The notes under the pieces were generated by a model. That model was given only the letters and a program-made list of their open reading frames with translations, made no database searches and was not told the origin of the DNA. A stretch of DNA of 64,000 nt from Paramoeba atlantica (Eukaryota > Protista > Discosea). Location of the stretch: contig CDRNVI010000023.1 in the NCBI GenBank assembly GCA_977017575.1, positions 186,001-250,000 on the forward strand, in the 5' to 3' direction. Every line of letters starts with the position of its first letter. Within the stretch, counting starts at the first letter, position 1. Shown here in pieces: positions 1 to 12,978 of the stretch. The position numbers were made by a program, and so were the translations under genes.

Positions 1-1520
1 ATGCAGCAAGATTCGAGGAATACCTCTTTGAGTGCAAAAAATGATACCAACTCTGTAGGCGAATATTTCCGTGTTGCGTTGCCTCTACAACGTTCACCCC
101 AATTAATGGGTCGAGCTCTCGTGCTTACGCCTTTAGCATTAGAGAGCACACAGGCAGCTCGAATGTTTATGTATGGTGAGAATCGCCCCGAGGCCCATAC
201 CAACCTGACACAGAAAGCAGGAAACAACGATACGGAGAGGGGTATGAGCAGTAGTAACCCCTCGTATCGTGGTTCGCCCGTGGAAAGCTATCGCAGGTTG
301 TTTCGAAGAAGATCTACCAGCCGTAGTGCAGGGACTTCCCCTTCGGCGGGTTTGTACGATATTTTAGTTTTACCCTATACTGTTTTGGCCGAGTTGGCAC
401 GTAAGTTTCAAGGAAGCCATAATTTGCATCGCCCGGCTTCCTCATACGGTTCGCGAGGAAATACTCATGCTGGATTTCCTCTTCCCATAGAACAAATGTT
501 GTGTACGCTGCTCCGGCATGCCCCGCAAGTTTGGTGTCTGACGCTTCAGGAGGAGATGATTCTACGATCTGCTTTTCAAGCAGGAGCTCCGCGAACCACG
601 CTGGAAAGCGTGCTGCGAGTGACACAAAGTTTAAGCCGACTCGGCTCGCGCGCAGGGCTGTTTTGCGGTTTTGTACAGGGGAAAAATGTTTCACGTTTGG
701 AAAAGGAATTAAAAACACGTGAATTAAATTGTGATATAGTTTAGTTCCGATCAATGATTATATCTTTCGCGGGTCCGGACCTGGGTCCAAAGACCCGCAC
801 GAACCCGCCTTGCGAAACAAATTGTGATCTACCATGCAAATTTTCATTGCTAAGGAAAGGACATGAAGTACATTTCCGTTTTGTTTAAAGGGCAGTTATA
901 CTCTCCATCTCCTAATCAATATCTTATCCTTTAGCAAATACAGTAAAATGACTCTTGACTCAACAGATCCAAAGCGCGAAATTCTCCCACAAAGAACATT
1001 CGTGCGCTCGTCTCAACATTTAATGACGGAAAAATTCTGAAATTCAATCACTTCAAACGACTTTCAAAGAATGCAACCACTTCACGATCATCTTGGCGGA
1101 AGCGTCGTGCGTTGCGCTTAGATGTACCAACGTCGAAGGAACGGCGTAAGTTGGTGTGCAGATCGGTCAGATCTCTAGTCCGCAGGATATCGATAAAGAT
1201 AGAATACGTCGAGAGTTCTAGTGGCTCGAAAATACTCACCGCTACGGGCTGGGAGTGTTCCACTTGTGGGTGTTGGAAGCATGCGTTAATAATTCGAATG
1301 TACTTACTAGCCCCCCTATTTAGTAGGGCACCGGTTTTGGTGGAAATGCCCTAATAAGGGGGGGGGGGGGAGTAATTAAGGAGATTAATATAAAATAACG
1401 CACACGAACTTACTTATTGAAACGAACGTATAAAAACAAACATATAGAAACATCGTAGGTCGAAGTCTACATCAAAATCGGATAGCGCACTCGAATTTAT
1501 AACGATACATACATGTATTA

Positions 1521-2018
1521 CTCCCCCCTTCACAATTCTTTATAGGGTCGAGCCCAAAATGATTCATGGTTTTATATAAATTTATATAAATCTTTGAAAC
1601 GCCTGAAAAACGCTAAAAGAGCAGGGTAAAAAACGGAGCGTATTTCTCATTCTCATTAGCGTATCAAATGCATATCTTAAATTTTCTTTTTTAGACATTA
1701 CGCAGTCTAATAGTTTTAGAAACTTTTTTTCGGTTCTTTGCTTCGGTCCTCTTGTTTTATCAAATTCATCAATGTGGTCAAATGTGTGTGACTTTACATA
1801 TCAAATTCGGTCACCTATTCATACAAACACCCCATGAAAGCGCATAAGAACTAGTAGAACTAATGATCATAATTTATATAAATATTTTTATAAGTAAATC
1901 CATCTCGGTACCAAACACTTATAAAGCTTTATATAATAAAGCTTTAAAATAAAATTTATAAATATAAATCGCCGAAACACTTACAGTTTATATTTATAAA
2001 GAATTATGAAAGGGGGAG
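1521..2018. mobile_element. AT-rich MITE, pogo-like ends
   Basis: TIR CTCCCCCCTTCACAATTCTTTATA / TATAAAGAATTATGAAAGGGGGAG, flanked by TA on both sides. Confidence 0.75.
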
Positions 2019-2165
2019 TAGTAGTTATAGTATCTTATAACACACATAAAACATTGTAGGTCGTCGTCGTTGTTCTCAAAATAAGGTAACGCACACAAAC
2101 TTATAACGCGCACGAATTAAGCTAAAGTAAAGTGTATTAAATTCAGTAACTCAAAATTTCAGGAA

Positions 2166-4219
2166 TTAAATTTCTGCTGGGTTCGGGTGGTAGATAGGAG
2201 GACTCGGCGACCACTCTTGGCTCAATGAGGCGCGTACCAGAACATCTTCACATTGTACATTGAAAAGAGATCGGTACAAGTTGTTTACCACGTTGATGGC
2301 ACATGTGTTTTCACCCGGACGCTGCTGTGGACAATCAACGTAAAGAGTTTCATAGAATCCTGTCTGAACTCCAATTGCATCGGAAAGACGTTCTTTAAAT
2401 CTTGACATATTGTCCAATGCCGCCTCAGGTGCGTATCCTTGCAAACTATCGTACACGAATATTTTATTTTATTTTACGTAAAGAAGAACGTAATGATAGG
2501 CGTAGTACAAAGTACAAAAAACTCTTGTGCTTGCTTTCATTTCTCCGGGATAAGAACCCTTCGCAAGAAACGATATTGAATCGTATATGTTGAAGAAAAC
2601 GACATCCTTGTCTGCGTCACTAACGCGATATAACTGAAGAACTTTCTTGCATAATTCTCCAAGTGCTGTCGCTGTAATTAAAGCCCCTTTACGATGCATC
2701 GACTTCCATCCTTTTTCCGAAATAAAGACAGATCCTGAGCAAGATGTGCATACATGTAAATCGATGTGCATACGATGTAAATCCTCCTCCTCATCGCTGA
2801 CTGTAACAGGCTTTGGAAGTGACAATGTTTTTGAGGTTGCATGCGCCATTGCTATACTGGTAATCGGTTTACCATGTAACAGAAGTTTCTTTGCCAAAGG
2901 CGGAGGAATAGGAATCTTAACGGACCGAGTAATCGGTGGAGTCGGAGGTATAATATTCGGGGTGCTGACAGGCAGTTTTTTTGCTAAAGCTGGAGGTATC
3001 GGAATCTTAGTGGCCCGAGAAATCGGTGGCACCGGAGTTTTAATATGTGGAGTGCTCACAGGTAAAGGGTTTTCTATTAAAGAAGGATTGTCTTGTGCTC
3101 GAAGCATTCTCATGACTTGCTTTTTACCAGTGATACTTTCTTTCTTCTTCTTCTGAGGTGGTACATCACGAGCTACTTTCCAATCCCAAGGGTAAGTGGT
3201 CAACGGTTCGAGGATGTACTTCTTTGCAAATTTCAATATTCGTGCTTGATGCTTGCTCCACACACTGTCGTGTGCAGCCTTCGTAATACGAATATTTCGT
3301 TCTCTCACCACTTTACCCTCTGATTTCGAGTCAAACCTCCATTTTTCAAGTTCTTTCTCATAACTCAGCTTAAAAAGGTGGTTCACAATGCGATCATGAA
3401 CTTGAATTGCATAGGTACAACCACCAGGTATCCGATGGTAATCACAATTTTCTGGTACATCATGAGTACGATGCGTCGTGTGATCATCAACAATGATTGC
3501 TGTTGGGAGTTTCGAATCGTTGAGCAACTGAGCATAGTGTTTCATGAGATGAACAAAAATATCGCCTTTCATCCATCCACTTTGTGAAACGCGTACAAGG
3601 ATGGAGTTTTGCAGTGACTTTGCAACGTCTGTCGTCTCCTTTAAGATTCTCGAATCTGCAGTATCCTTGGAGCTCGATTCAAAAATGATACATGGGGGAA
3701 GAGGATACACCTCCTTCTCCTTGGCGGAAAATAAGGCGGCAAGAAAAATAGTCACTGTTTGCTTTTCGTTCGTACGAACGACTTTGACTGAAGTCACGCT
3801 CACTGGCGCCAAAAAGTTTTCCCCTTCAGTTCGCCGTCGACGCTAACGCTTGTTTCATCTCCGAAAATAACGTAGCTGTACTGTCGAACATCGTGCTGCG
3901 AGTACAGATGATGCGACCATCGTCTTATGCGTTGATCAATATCTGACGGTGTGATCGCTTGAGTTTTTCCAAACGTTCGCCAAGTCCATCCAAACACGTA
4001 ACGAAAGTGTTTATACGCTCTTTCTTTCGCCTTTTCACTCAGTCCTTCCCAAAATGCTCCATGTTCACTCAGCAACTGGAGCACCCTATCACGAGTGATA
4101 GGGCTATGACCATTCAACAAACTGAGAAGGGTTTCATGAACCTTTGTCATAGAATCTTGTCGCGAGCTATTGAAAGCTCGCTCACGCAATAAAGCTCGCT
4201 CACGCAAAAAAAAGGTCAA
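2166..4219 (-). pseudogene. pogo-type DDE_1 transposase with C-terminal Ulp1/C48-like protease; one frameshift near 3810 and one in-frame TAA at 2469-2471
   Basis: Transposase motifs VIFGDETSV, SQSGWM, IIVDDHTTH and IPGGCTYAIQVHDRIVNHLFK. These are followed by HYVLLYVK*NKIFVYDSL and CPQQRPGENTCAINV, in frame across the TAA. Confidence 0.75.
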
Positions 4220-4298
4220 AAATGTTTGACCTTTTAGACAAAATAGACCTATTAAAGGGGGGCACGCGTAGCCCTATTAAATAGGGGGGGATAGTATA

Positions 4299-5026
4299 CA
4301 GGGGTGGGCACGAAAATGTGGGGGAGTCAAAATTCGTATCACTTGGCCAACTTTGGTAAATAGCACCTCATTCGAGAGCTCTCACAGAGTTACTTGTCAT
4401 GTGATAATGCGTTTCCCGTATCCAGGGGGGTAGGTCCCTATGCCAAAGGGGACAAAAGTGACGACTGCAACTTCAAAAAATTTAAAAACGGAATAATATC
4501 CGTCAAGATCCTCATTTTTTTCAAGTACAATCATAATTCGCCTAGGCATGCTCCGTAAAGCACTTAAGAACACGCCATGTTGTTCTCCTTTTAATAATTC
4601 AAGGTCTGAATGTAGTGCAACATGTAATTCCCACCGATTTTCTCGGGACAACCTGCTTGGCGTGCGGCGGCGGAAAAAGAATCAGTTTTCCCATATTTCT
4701 TTACTTGGAAGATACTATGAGAGGCTTTTATTTGTCCACAAGAGCTGTAACATCCCATGTCACGTTTCTGTATGCTCTTTTCTGTCCCATCGAATAAAAA
4801 GGGGGAGGGAAAGAAGAAGAAAAAGCGAAAAAGTGGCCTAACTGCAGAATTTTGCACTTTGAAAAATCAAGATTTTTTGTAATTTTTTTAAAACTTTAAA
4901 AATGCGGGAAACGCACTATCACATGACACGTAACTCTTCGAGAGCTCTCGAATGCGGTGCTACTTTCCAAAATTGTCCAAGCTATAGAAATTTTGACCCC
5001 CCCCCACATTTTCGTGCCCACCCCTC
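4299..5026. mobile_element. Tc1-like MITE with ~120 bp TIRs
   Basis: TA-CAGGGGTGGGCACGAAAATGTGGGG ... CCCCACATTTTCGTGCCCACCCCTC-TA; the TIRs contain an inner GAGAGCTCTC palindrome. Confidence 0.8.
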
Positions 5027-5079
5027 TATGTTATATGCGAATTAAGTTATAGTGGAAACTATAGTATTACAGGAACATA

Positions 5080-5843
5080 CAGGGGGTGGCACTTGCACCT
5101 GGGGGGGTCTAAAATTTGAAACACTATCCAATTTTGGAAAATAATAGCGCATTCGAGAGCTCTCTCAGAGTTACATGTCTTAGTACAAAACACTATTAGA
5201 ACACGGGGTAGAAATCGTCAGATGGCTCCCAAATGAGATTTGTCACTTACAAATTTTAATTAATTTTATTCAATTAACCTTAAAAAAAGCCCACTAATAC
5301 CCATAGTGCTTGCCATTTCTCTGGACAACAATGGAACAACGCTTTCGAAAGCTACGAAGCGTGTTTAGGCAATCAGTCTTTTGCTCGTTTTCCAATTTAC
5401 GAAACGCAACGTGGATGGCATCGAGCAATTGAATTCGATTTCGAGGGTGAATGTTGTCCTTTGTCGCATCCATAATGGACCAAAGGTTCTCAATCGGATT
5501 TAGATCCGGGGACTTCGCTGGCCATTGCAACCAGGTATACCCTTTCTCTTGGGCTTTGGCACGTGCCTTGTTATGAACAGGGGCGTTGTCCATCGCTTCA
5601 TACGCGCGGTGCCTCCGCAAGTACTGAAAGAAACCTCCCCTGTTTTGCATGGCATCAAGGAAGGCATCACCGTTGACAGTGAACTTCGGGCCATCTGGAT
5701 GATGAGAGGGGAAAACGTAAAAGGAGAATCCGTGTTTCAGGCTTACCCCCATTCAAACCATGATACCCTCCAGTAAGTTGGCTTCGCCGATGCCTTGCAA
5801 CAAAATTTTTTAGACCCCCCCCAGGTTCAAGTTCCACCCACTG
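5080..5843 (-). mobile_element. Internally deleted Tc1/IS630-like element keeping the 3' half of the transposase (5294-5752)
   Basis: TA-flanked TIRs CAGGGGGTGGCACTTGCACCTGGGGGGGTCTAAAA; motifs AMDNAPVH and WPAKSPDLNPIENLW. Confidence 0.85.
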
Positions 5844-5952
5844 TATCCAAAACAAAAACAATTTCATCGCATAAGGCTAATAGCGTAAGGCCAATAGCGC
5901 AAGGCTTTGCTCCTTTTGGATGCAGGATTTTGCATTTTAACGTTATGTGCGC

Positions 5953-6183
5953 TCAGTAAATTTGTGCGTAGTGCCCATCGAATACGATACCACAGTGATT
6001 GCACACGGCATGTCGACGCTTATTTCCGCCATACTTGAGAAACATTTGTTTCTCAAATTCGGCTTTTGATGTGCGTCGTATTCGCGCTGACAAACTTTTG
6101 TAGGACACGCGCTCGTGTTGGAGAATGCACGCATTTTTAATTAAAGTGATTCCAAAGCTCTCAATGTTTCCCGGGGTCTTCAC
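5953..6183 (-). pseudogene. Possible BED-like zinc-finger fragment (hAT N-terminus?)
   Basis: RHAVCNHCGIVF followed by a His just after the stop; short and degenerate. Confidence 0.3.
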
Positions 6184-6358
6184 TTCTACTATACGGCGTT
6201 TGCAGCAAGCGTGTTTATATGTCTTTTCCCTCCTTTTGATGTACTTCTTAGGTCTTCGAGCATGTACTTCGAACGTTTTTTTCCCGTAATTTGGAAAACA
6301 TATCGAATACTAACCTCATTCTGGTATTAAAAAGTCTCATAAAATACTAAGCATTGTT

Positions 6359-6976
6359 ATGCCTCCACTACTTACACTCCATTCATCGGACACACAACCG
6401 ACTGTACGTCCGGGTAAGGTTACCGGAGCTTCACTACCAGTGGAATATAATTTAATACGACTCATACAAAATGTGGAAAACCATCCCTCTACCTGGAGTA
6501 CGAATACACCAGCGTGTGAATGGGCTTATACGGTATGCGATCTATTTGGTACTATTATCACTCTGCGCTGGTCGTGTTTAAAACTTCGTGGTGAACTGAA
6601 TGTGAAATATTTGCCCAGGACATTGGTGACCCTACATCTTCATAAAAATGAACTTTCGGGAAATTTTTCTTTCGAAGCATTGCCTCCAACATTGCAAACG
6701 ATTGCTTTATTTAACAACCAATTTACGGGCACCCCGAACCTGTGTAATCTCCCGCCCATGCTAGAATACTTGTCAATCAGTAACAACAGATTTGAAGGCT
6801 ATGCAGATTTTTCTTCTCTCCCGCTAACCTTGAGGGAATTATATTTGAATTTTAACGAAAATTTGGAAGGTTACTTGGACGTAGATGGCGCACTGAAGAA
6901 TTTGTACTACAATGTTGAAGACACAAGAATATCAGCGAGTAATGGAGTAATCAAAAAGAAAATGGAGTTCTTTTAA
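6359..6976 (+). CDS. Leucine-rich repeat protein (window-wide family)
   Basis: N-cap motif STWSTNTPACEW followed by LRRs such as LPRTLVTLHLHKNELSGNF and LPPTLQTIALFNNQFTG. Confidence 0.9.
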   Translation: MPPLLTLHSSDTQPTVRPGKVTGASLPVEYNLIRLIQNVENHPSTWSTNTPACEWAYTVCDLFGTIITLRWSCLKLRGELNVKYLPRTLVTLHLHKNELSGNFSFEALPPTLQTIALFNNQFTGTPNLCNLPPMLEYLSISNNRFEGYADFSSLPLTLRELYLNFNENLEGYLDVDGALKNLYYNVEDTRISASNGVIKKKMEFF

Positions 6977-7348
6977 CAAAAGTTGAGAAAAAATCCCAAA
7001 CTATTCATAAAAAAGTGCAAAACATCGTGAAAAAACATGTAAAATCCCTAACTTGCGCATCATTAATAATTATATTACAATTTGTATTTCTCTCTCGTAT
7101 CTGAAATATTTTTCTCTGGTTTTTATAAACCAACGTTAGCAAGGCTAATTTAGAGCTTCGCCTTATTGTATTCTATTTGAATATGTAATAGTAATCGGCT
7201 CGTATATAATATCAGGCAGTATTCCGGCAAAAATGTACCCTAAAATTCAAAAACTGTTAATTTTTTGTCATTTATTTTTTTATTCATTTTTGAAGAAAAT
7301 ATTTAGCTTCAACATTTCTAAAACACATTTGAACACATTTCTAGAACA

Positions 7349-7801
7349 ATGGGCAGCTACAACGTTCACAAATGTCGTGCATGCATTGTTTCACAACACT
7401 TTAGAGTATCTATTGAAAGTTCGGTGAATACACAAGTCATTGAGTTGTCTGCTGGGAGCCGGGCCGTGGCGCGCACTGATTGCTGGCGAGCGAGTCGCTC
7501 CCTGGGAAACGACTTGCGGCATGAGACAGTAAATCATCGACGATTTTGGGTGGACCCCAACACTGGTGTACACACCAACACTGTTGAACGCATGAACGGG
7601 ATGCTCAAGAAAGAAGTGCGTTCCCGTGGGAATGGGACCCTTGGGTGCATTGATGAAGAAAGGGAAGATCGGATAAAGTTCAGCGGAGAAGTTGTGAATG
7701 GTCGTCTGAAGATTGGAAATAGCGAGGGGCACCCATTAAGACGACTGTGTGAAGACCTCAAATTAGTTTGCAGACTCGTCTTTCTGGAAGCGAAACCATA
7801 A
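7349..7801 (+). pseudogene. Merlin/IS1595(ISXO2)-like transposase fragment
   Basis: HETVNHRRFWVDPNTGVHTNTVERMNGMLK matches the ISXO2-type HxTVNH...VDPxTGxHTNxxE motif; the central DDE part is missing. Confidence 0.7.
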
Positions 7802-8487
7802 GAAATAAGTAGTAGCGGTCGAAAAATTGAAAATTAAAAAAACTTTACTTTTTTTTAAAAAAAGGTGCAATAATGCTTCACTTTGACCGAAAGTTCCCCT
7901 GTAGTGAAACCCCTGTAGTAAACAACAACAACAGAAAATTATTTATATATTTTCTTATATAGGACGCTAATCCAATATTTCCATAGTCAAAAGTTTTGGT
8001 GGCTGTAAAAGATTTTTCCCGTTCGTTAGTAGGGTGGCAATAGTATTAGCAGATGTTATAGTAATAAATTCAATGGTTGTTTCTCTGGGTACGTGCAGAA
8101 AAATTTACATGACATGATTTATGATATTACCTTTCAAATTAGTTTAATATAGCGCGAAAGTCGTGATTCTACAGATCATTTAGAAGAGATATTCAACTCG
8201 TTTACTACTCTACTAGACGTCTTTATGAGATCGCGCTGATTATAAATAATTTTATTTATTCTCCATTTTCCATTTATGTCAATGCGATATCGGTAAATGT
8301 TCCTCTCCATCCACCCTCCCCGCCGCCCACCACCATCAAACCACATAATTGCTCGGAATTAAGCCCAGCGTTGTTACAAATTAACATAAAAAAATGGGTT
8401 CGTGGGTCCGAGGACCCGGGTCCGGACCCGTAGGGACCCGTCCCTATGGACCTACTTGGGTCCGGACCCGACGGACCCAGAAAGGTA

Positions 8488-9318
8488 CTGTGCCGCCTCC
8501 ACTTATTTGTCACCACTTTCTCAAAAAAAGGACAATTAAGTGGGGGGGTCAATTTATTTGGTTAGATGAAACAAAGGTCCCAAACTTTTTTCATTATTTT
8601 AGAAATTTCCAAAACGTTCGGATAAAGTTGGCTTTACAGAAACAGTATCTTTATTGTATGAGTAGTTTTTCTGCCTTTCTCGTACTAGTAAAGTTTATTG
8701 CGGTGGTTGTATAACTACCGCTCTACCCTCGATTATTGAAAAAAAAGTGAACAAAAATAGTGAAAATATAAAGAGAAGTACACAGTAAACCTCCCGCACA
8801 CTTATTATTCCGTTTTTCTTATTATTTCACCTTTGAGAATTTTTACGAAAAATTATCCCTGTTCATGAAAAAAAGTTCTGAGATTCCTGGATTTGAGGAA
8901 AAATTGTTTTATCTCGAAATAGAGAAGCTTCGCCAGGAGCGTCGTGAATGGGGGGTCGGGATTATTGAAAGCAACTCGAATTCTTTCAATGAAGAATCCT
9001 TGAACGATAGCTCTTCTGAAGACTCCGGTTCTGCGAGCAACAGTTCTGATTCGGATGATGAAAATGAAGGAATGGTCCCTTTGAAAGGCCCTCTTCGAGC
9101 AAAAGTTGAACTGAATTGCAGAGCCACGTCCGGGAGACGCCGAAACACACGCCGCGATATTCCTTTGGCCATAAAACAGCGCAGGTTGGTAAGGAAAAAT
9201 TGCCCCCCCCCCCTAAAAATACTTCCGGCGCCGCTTCGCGGCGCCTCCTGCCCAGTCTCGTCAAAAAGGACAATTAAGTGGGGGAGTGGGACTACGACAA
9301 ATAAGTGGGGGGGCACAG
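8488..9318. mobile_element. MITE with CTGT ends
   Basis: CTGTGCCGCCTCCACTTATTTGTC / GACAAATAAGTGGGGGGGCACAG, with an internal repeat AAAAGGACAATTAAGTGGGGG. Confidence 0.65.
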
Positions 9319-9881
9319 TGTGTTATAATTACTGTCCCCCCTACTTATGCGCAACCGTTTGACCCACTTAAGCGCAATTTTGACGCATCGTTCAGAAGAA
9401 CAACGCCGCAAAGCAGCGCGTTTTTTTTTTTGGTACGAATTTTTGTACAGATTTTCGCCGCTGTTGAAATGAAGAGTCTGCAGGTAGTCCCTTTGGGCGT
9501 TCAAGAATTATCTTCATCGATCTCTAGAGATCTCCTCTGATCCACACTGTTTCTTTTTCAAAATAATGAAGTAATTTTAGTACTCATTATTGAGTTGCCG
9601 CGGGTGGGTGTGTGCCGAAACCCGCTGTTTGCAAATCAAACAGAGAACCCGTTTAGTACTAGAAGTACAAGGGAATTTTTGATTTATAAGGATGAACGTT
9701 TGGCGACGGGCATTGTACATTCATATTTTTTAACTAGTTTCCATATTGGCGCAAAGTAGAGTAAGAAGAAGTATCGAAGATTAAAAGGAATACGATCAGT
9801 GACAACAATCATATTCTTTGAAATCGTTTTGTATGTAACTCTTGAAGTATGCCACAGGAAGTATTATTGTGTCAATCAATC

Positions 9882-10370
9882 TTACATAGATGGGCATGCG
9901 AAATCATGGGCCAGAGCCAGCGTGTGCCAAAGGAAGAAGGTAATATTTTCGGGGAGGGGGGTATTTTGCGGGGAGGGGGAGGTTTGTGTTGATGCATGAG
10001 CCGTGGGTGGTTCCGTCGAACACCCTGACGTCCATGCGAGGGAACTCGTAGAGTTCCGGAGGGGAGGGGAGGGGAGGGGAGGTGTCCCCGGTGGGCCGTG
10101 CGCTCCCCCCGACTGGTGGCGAAGTCGAGGAGCGTCTGCCATAGGGGGCGGCGTAGAGTCTACGTCAGTGTGCCCACTCACCGGGGTTGTTGGGGTCCTG
10201 TTTAGTAAGGCGAAGCGCCGGAGTTCACGGAGCCACGCGTTGTGTAGTTCGGAGGCTGAGGCCCACTGGAGGTCCGTGATATCTGATGCCCCTCGCCGGT
10301 GTTCCTTGAGAAGGTGGGCGGCGGTCGCGGGGACAGCGGCCTGCTCGTGGACGAGCTTATGCTCCGCCAA
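9882..10370 (-). other. GC-rich island with an ORF of unknown nature
   Basis: GC content is visibly much higher than in the flanks; 162-aa ORF with no recognisable motif and no ATG at the called start. Confidence 0.25.
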
Positions 10371-10584
10371 CTTCCGCTGATCGAGGAAGACAACAAGTGT
10401 GACAAAGATGTGCGTGATACTCGACCAGTTTGCGCTTTATTAAATAAAAATGGTAAAAATATTAGTCGGCAGTGTACTATCTTCTATTACCGTCAAAGTA
10501 CTTATTAACGGAATAAATATCATTCGAATAAACTTACTGTGCTGCCCCCACTTATAGTACCGCGGTGTACTCCCCCTCCCCCAC

Positions 10585-11175
10585 TTACTGTATAGTGCCG
10601 CTTTGTAAATTTCTAATATTTTCATTTATTGAAATCATTGAAACTTTATCATGAGTTCCCTTCATCCTTTCGATGGACACTGCAAGTTTACCCTCTTTGT
10701 GGATGGCAAAAAATGGCACAGGATGACACGGCGAGTCTAGTTTTAGGAATCTTCCTCCTACTAGACGCCTCAGAAGTGCTACGTGATTCACTGCACACCC
10801 ATCTACCACCAGATACGCTAGTTTGGAAAAACGTGCTCCTTGCAGACACCTCTTTGGTTCTCTGACTACAATTTCGGCAGTATCTTTACAGCTGAAAGAT
10901 CCAAACTTTGGGTGGTACATTGGTGGCATTAGCCATTTATGGGGGCCTATATACAAGACTGCAATAAGAACATGCTCATGATGCAATCGAATGATTCCCG
11001 CATCAATGGCCATACCGGAAAGATCGTATTCATCGACAGAACTACGAATACCACCCAAAACATGCTCTTTCAATCTGTGCGTGTCGCAATAGAGAGTACG
11101 GACATGTTTTGGAAGTACATTACCAACATCCTCCGATGGCACCTGAGCTCTGAATGATTCATATTTTTTTAGCAA
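10585..11175 (-). pseudogene. hAT-like transposase fragment (catalytic core)
   Basis: SGMAIDAG (first Asp) and AYLVVDGCAVNHVAL (second Asp) are spaced as in hAT RNase H cores. Confidence 0.55.
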
Positions 11176-11405
11176 GGCCAGTGACGAGGATAGTGATCCA
11201 GACTTTGTGCAAAGGAGTTGGGGAACTATCTCGTGGCATAACCAACCCCACGTTACAGTTAATTTGATAGAGAGATCCTTATGTGGTAATGCACGGTGTT
11301 CACATACACGTGCATGAGCAGAAAGAGCGGACTGTGAAAATATTCCGTTAACTATTATTATTGTTAATAAGCACTTTGACTGTAAATTATAAATTTATTA
11401 CTATA

Positions 11406-12978
11406 CAGGGGGGGCCACGAAAACTGACAAGGTCCGCATTTTAGCGTCCTGGGGCCGTTTGAGCTGCTTTTTGTTGCAAACGAGAGATCTCGTTCTGAAT
11501 ATCGTGTCTACGCTATTTGGAGCCCGTTTCTGCTAATCAAAAAAAAATGTTTACAAAATATTGAAATTTTGGGCAAAATATTTTGCAAAAAGTATCGAAA
11601 AACGTAAAAAAAAGCTATTTTTTCTTCTTTTTACCTTACTATGGGCCAACGGAATAGACTAAACCGTCGCCAGCTATCACCAGAACAGTGTTCATATCCT
11701 GTGCGCATTGTCTGCGCACACGAAAGACACCGTGGGACATCTATTCCGGATACGGCACGTATGATGAACTGTTCAGAGAGCTCTGTCTCTCTGTACAAAG
11801 CGCGTTTCGATGAGTCAAGTGACGTGGCACGTGCACCCTACTCGCGCGATAACGGCGTTGATACGGAGGAGTTCCGAGCCATGCTCTGTGCTATTGTTGA
11901 TGCTGAGCGAGACACACAATTCGGGTGTCCGGGGTTTAAATGGGTACATAAGAGAGTGGATAAAGTACTTTATCCATGTAGTGTAAAACACCGTGAAACG
12001 GAGTTTGAAAAAGGTGGGATACGTAATTAAGACGATGTCGCACAAGCCTTTTTTAACAGCTGAGCACAAAGCTGCTAGACTACAACTTGCTGATTACTTT
12101 GAGGGATTCAGCCCAGATCAGCTGTCTCGTATTGTGTGGTGCGACGAAAAAATCTTTCGATGCGGATCACACGGTAAAAAAATTACGTACCTTGCAAAAA
12201 TGACTGACCCCCCCAAGGAAACACCAGTACAATTAGATAGGTGGTATGGGGCGAAAGGAGTTCATGTATTCATGGCCACCAGTCTCCGTTGGGAAGTGCC
12301 TGATGCGTGTTTCCATGAGTTCGCACCAAATGAAACTGTTACAAATGAGGTCTTTTTGAATGCAATGAAAAAACGAAATGGGTTTTTCAACTGGATGCAT
12401 CACCGCCCCGGGGCTACAATTGTCCTTGACAACGCGCCAGGGCATGGGGAAGCCAGGAGAATAAGTAAGTTGGAAGACATCAAAATTATTGATTGGCCTT
12501 CGAAATCTCCTGATCTCAATTTGATTGAGAATTTGTGGAGCATGATGGATAAGTCTCCAATCTCCATCTCCGTCCACAGAATCGAAAAGAATTACAAGCG
12601 GCTATTCCAAAGGCCAAGGAATATTTGTTGAACGAATGTCACGAGGCGTATGTGAATACGCTAAAGAGTCTTCCCACGCGCCTCGCTATACTACGTGAGC
12701 GTGGAGGTGGGAATACTGGATATTAAGACTTAGTTTCTGGGTACTTTTTGGGCCGTGGTACGTAAAAATTACGAATTTTAGACCCGTTTTTCAATTTGCA
12801 AAATCTTTAAAATTTCACTTTTGTAACTCATTGGAAATGTTTTCCGGCGAACGTTTTTGTATTTTAAATAGCGTAGACACGATATTCAGAACGAGATCTC
12901 TCGTTTGCAACAAAAATCAGCTCAAACTGCCTCAGGACGCTAAAATGCGGACCCTGTCAGTTTTCGTGCCCCCCCCTG
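11406..12978 (+). mobile_element. Full-length Tc1/IS630-like transposon with frameshifted transposase (11641-12631)
   Basis: ~120 bp TIRs CAGGGGGGGCCACGAAAACTGAC... with TA TSD; IVWCDEK, IVLDNAPGH, WPSKSPDLNLIENLW. Confidence 0.9.

Larger units (their letters stand above)
1307..4294 (-). mobile_element. pogo/Tigger-like DNA transposon (with nested MITE)
   Basis: Imperfect TIRs TA-CTAGCCCCCCTATTTAGTAGGGC (1305-1329) and GCCCTATTAAATAGGGGGGGATAG-TA (4271-4296) enclose a DDE_1-type transposase on the minus strand. Confidence 0.65.

Noticed and set aside
1-754. 247-aa plus ORF and 146-aa minus ORF at the window start
   Set aside because: No recognisable motif on either strand and truncated by the window edge.
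8865-9362. Acidic 165-aa ORF, and the acidic ORF at 29861-30079
   Set aside because: Both lie inside MITE boundaries and are low-complexity; probably remnants of transposase tails.
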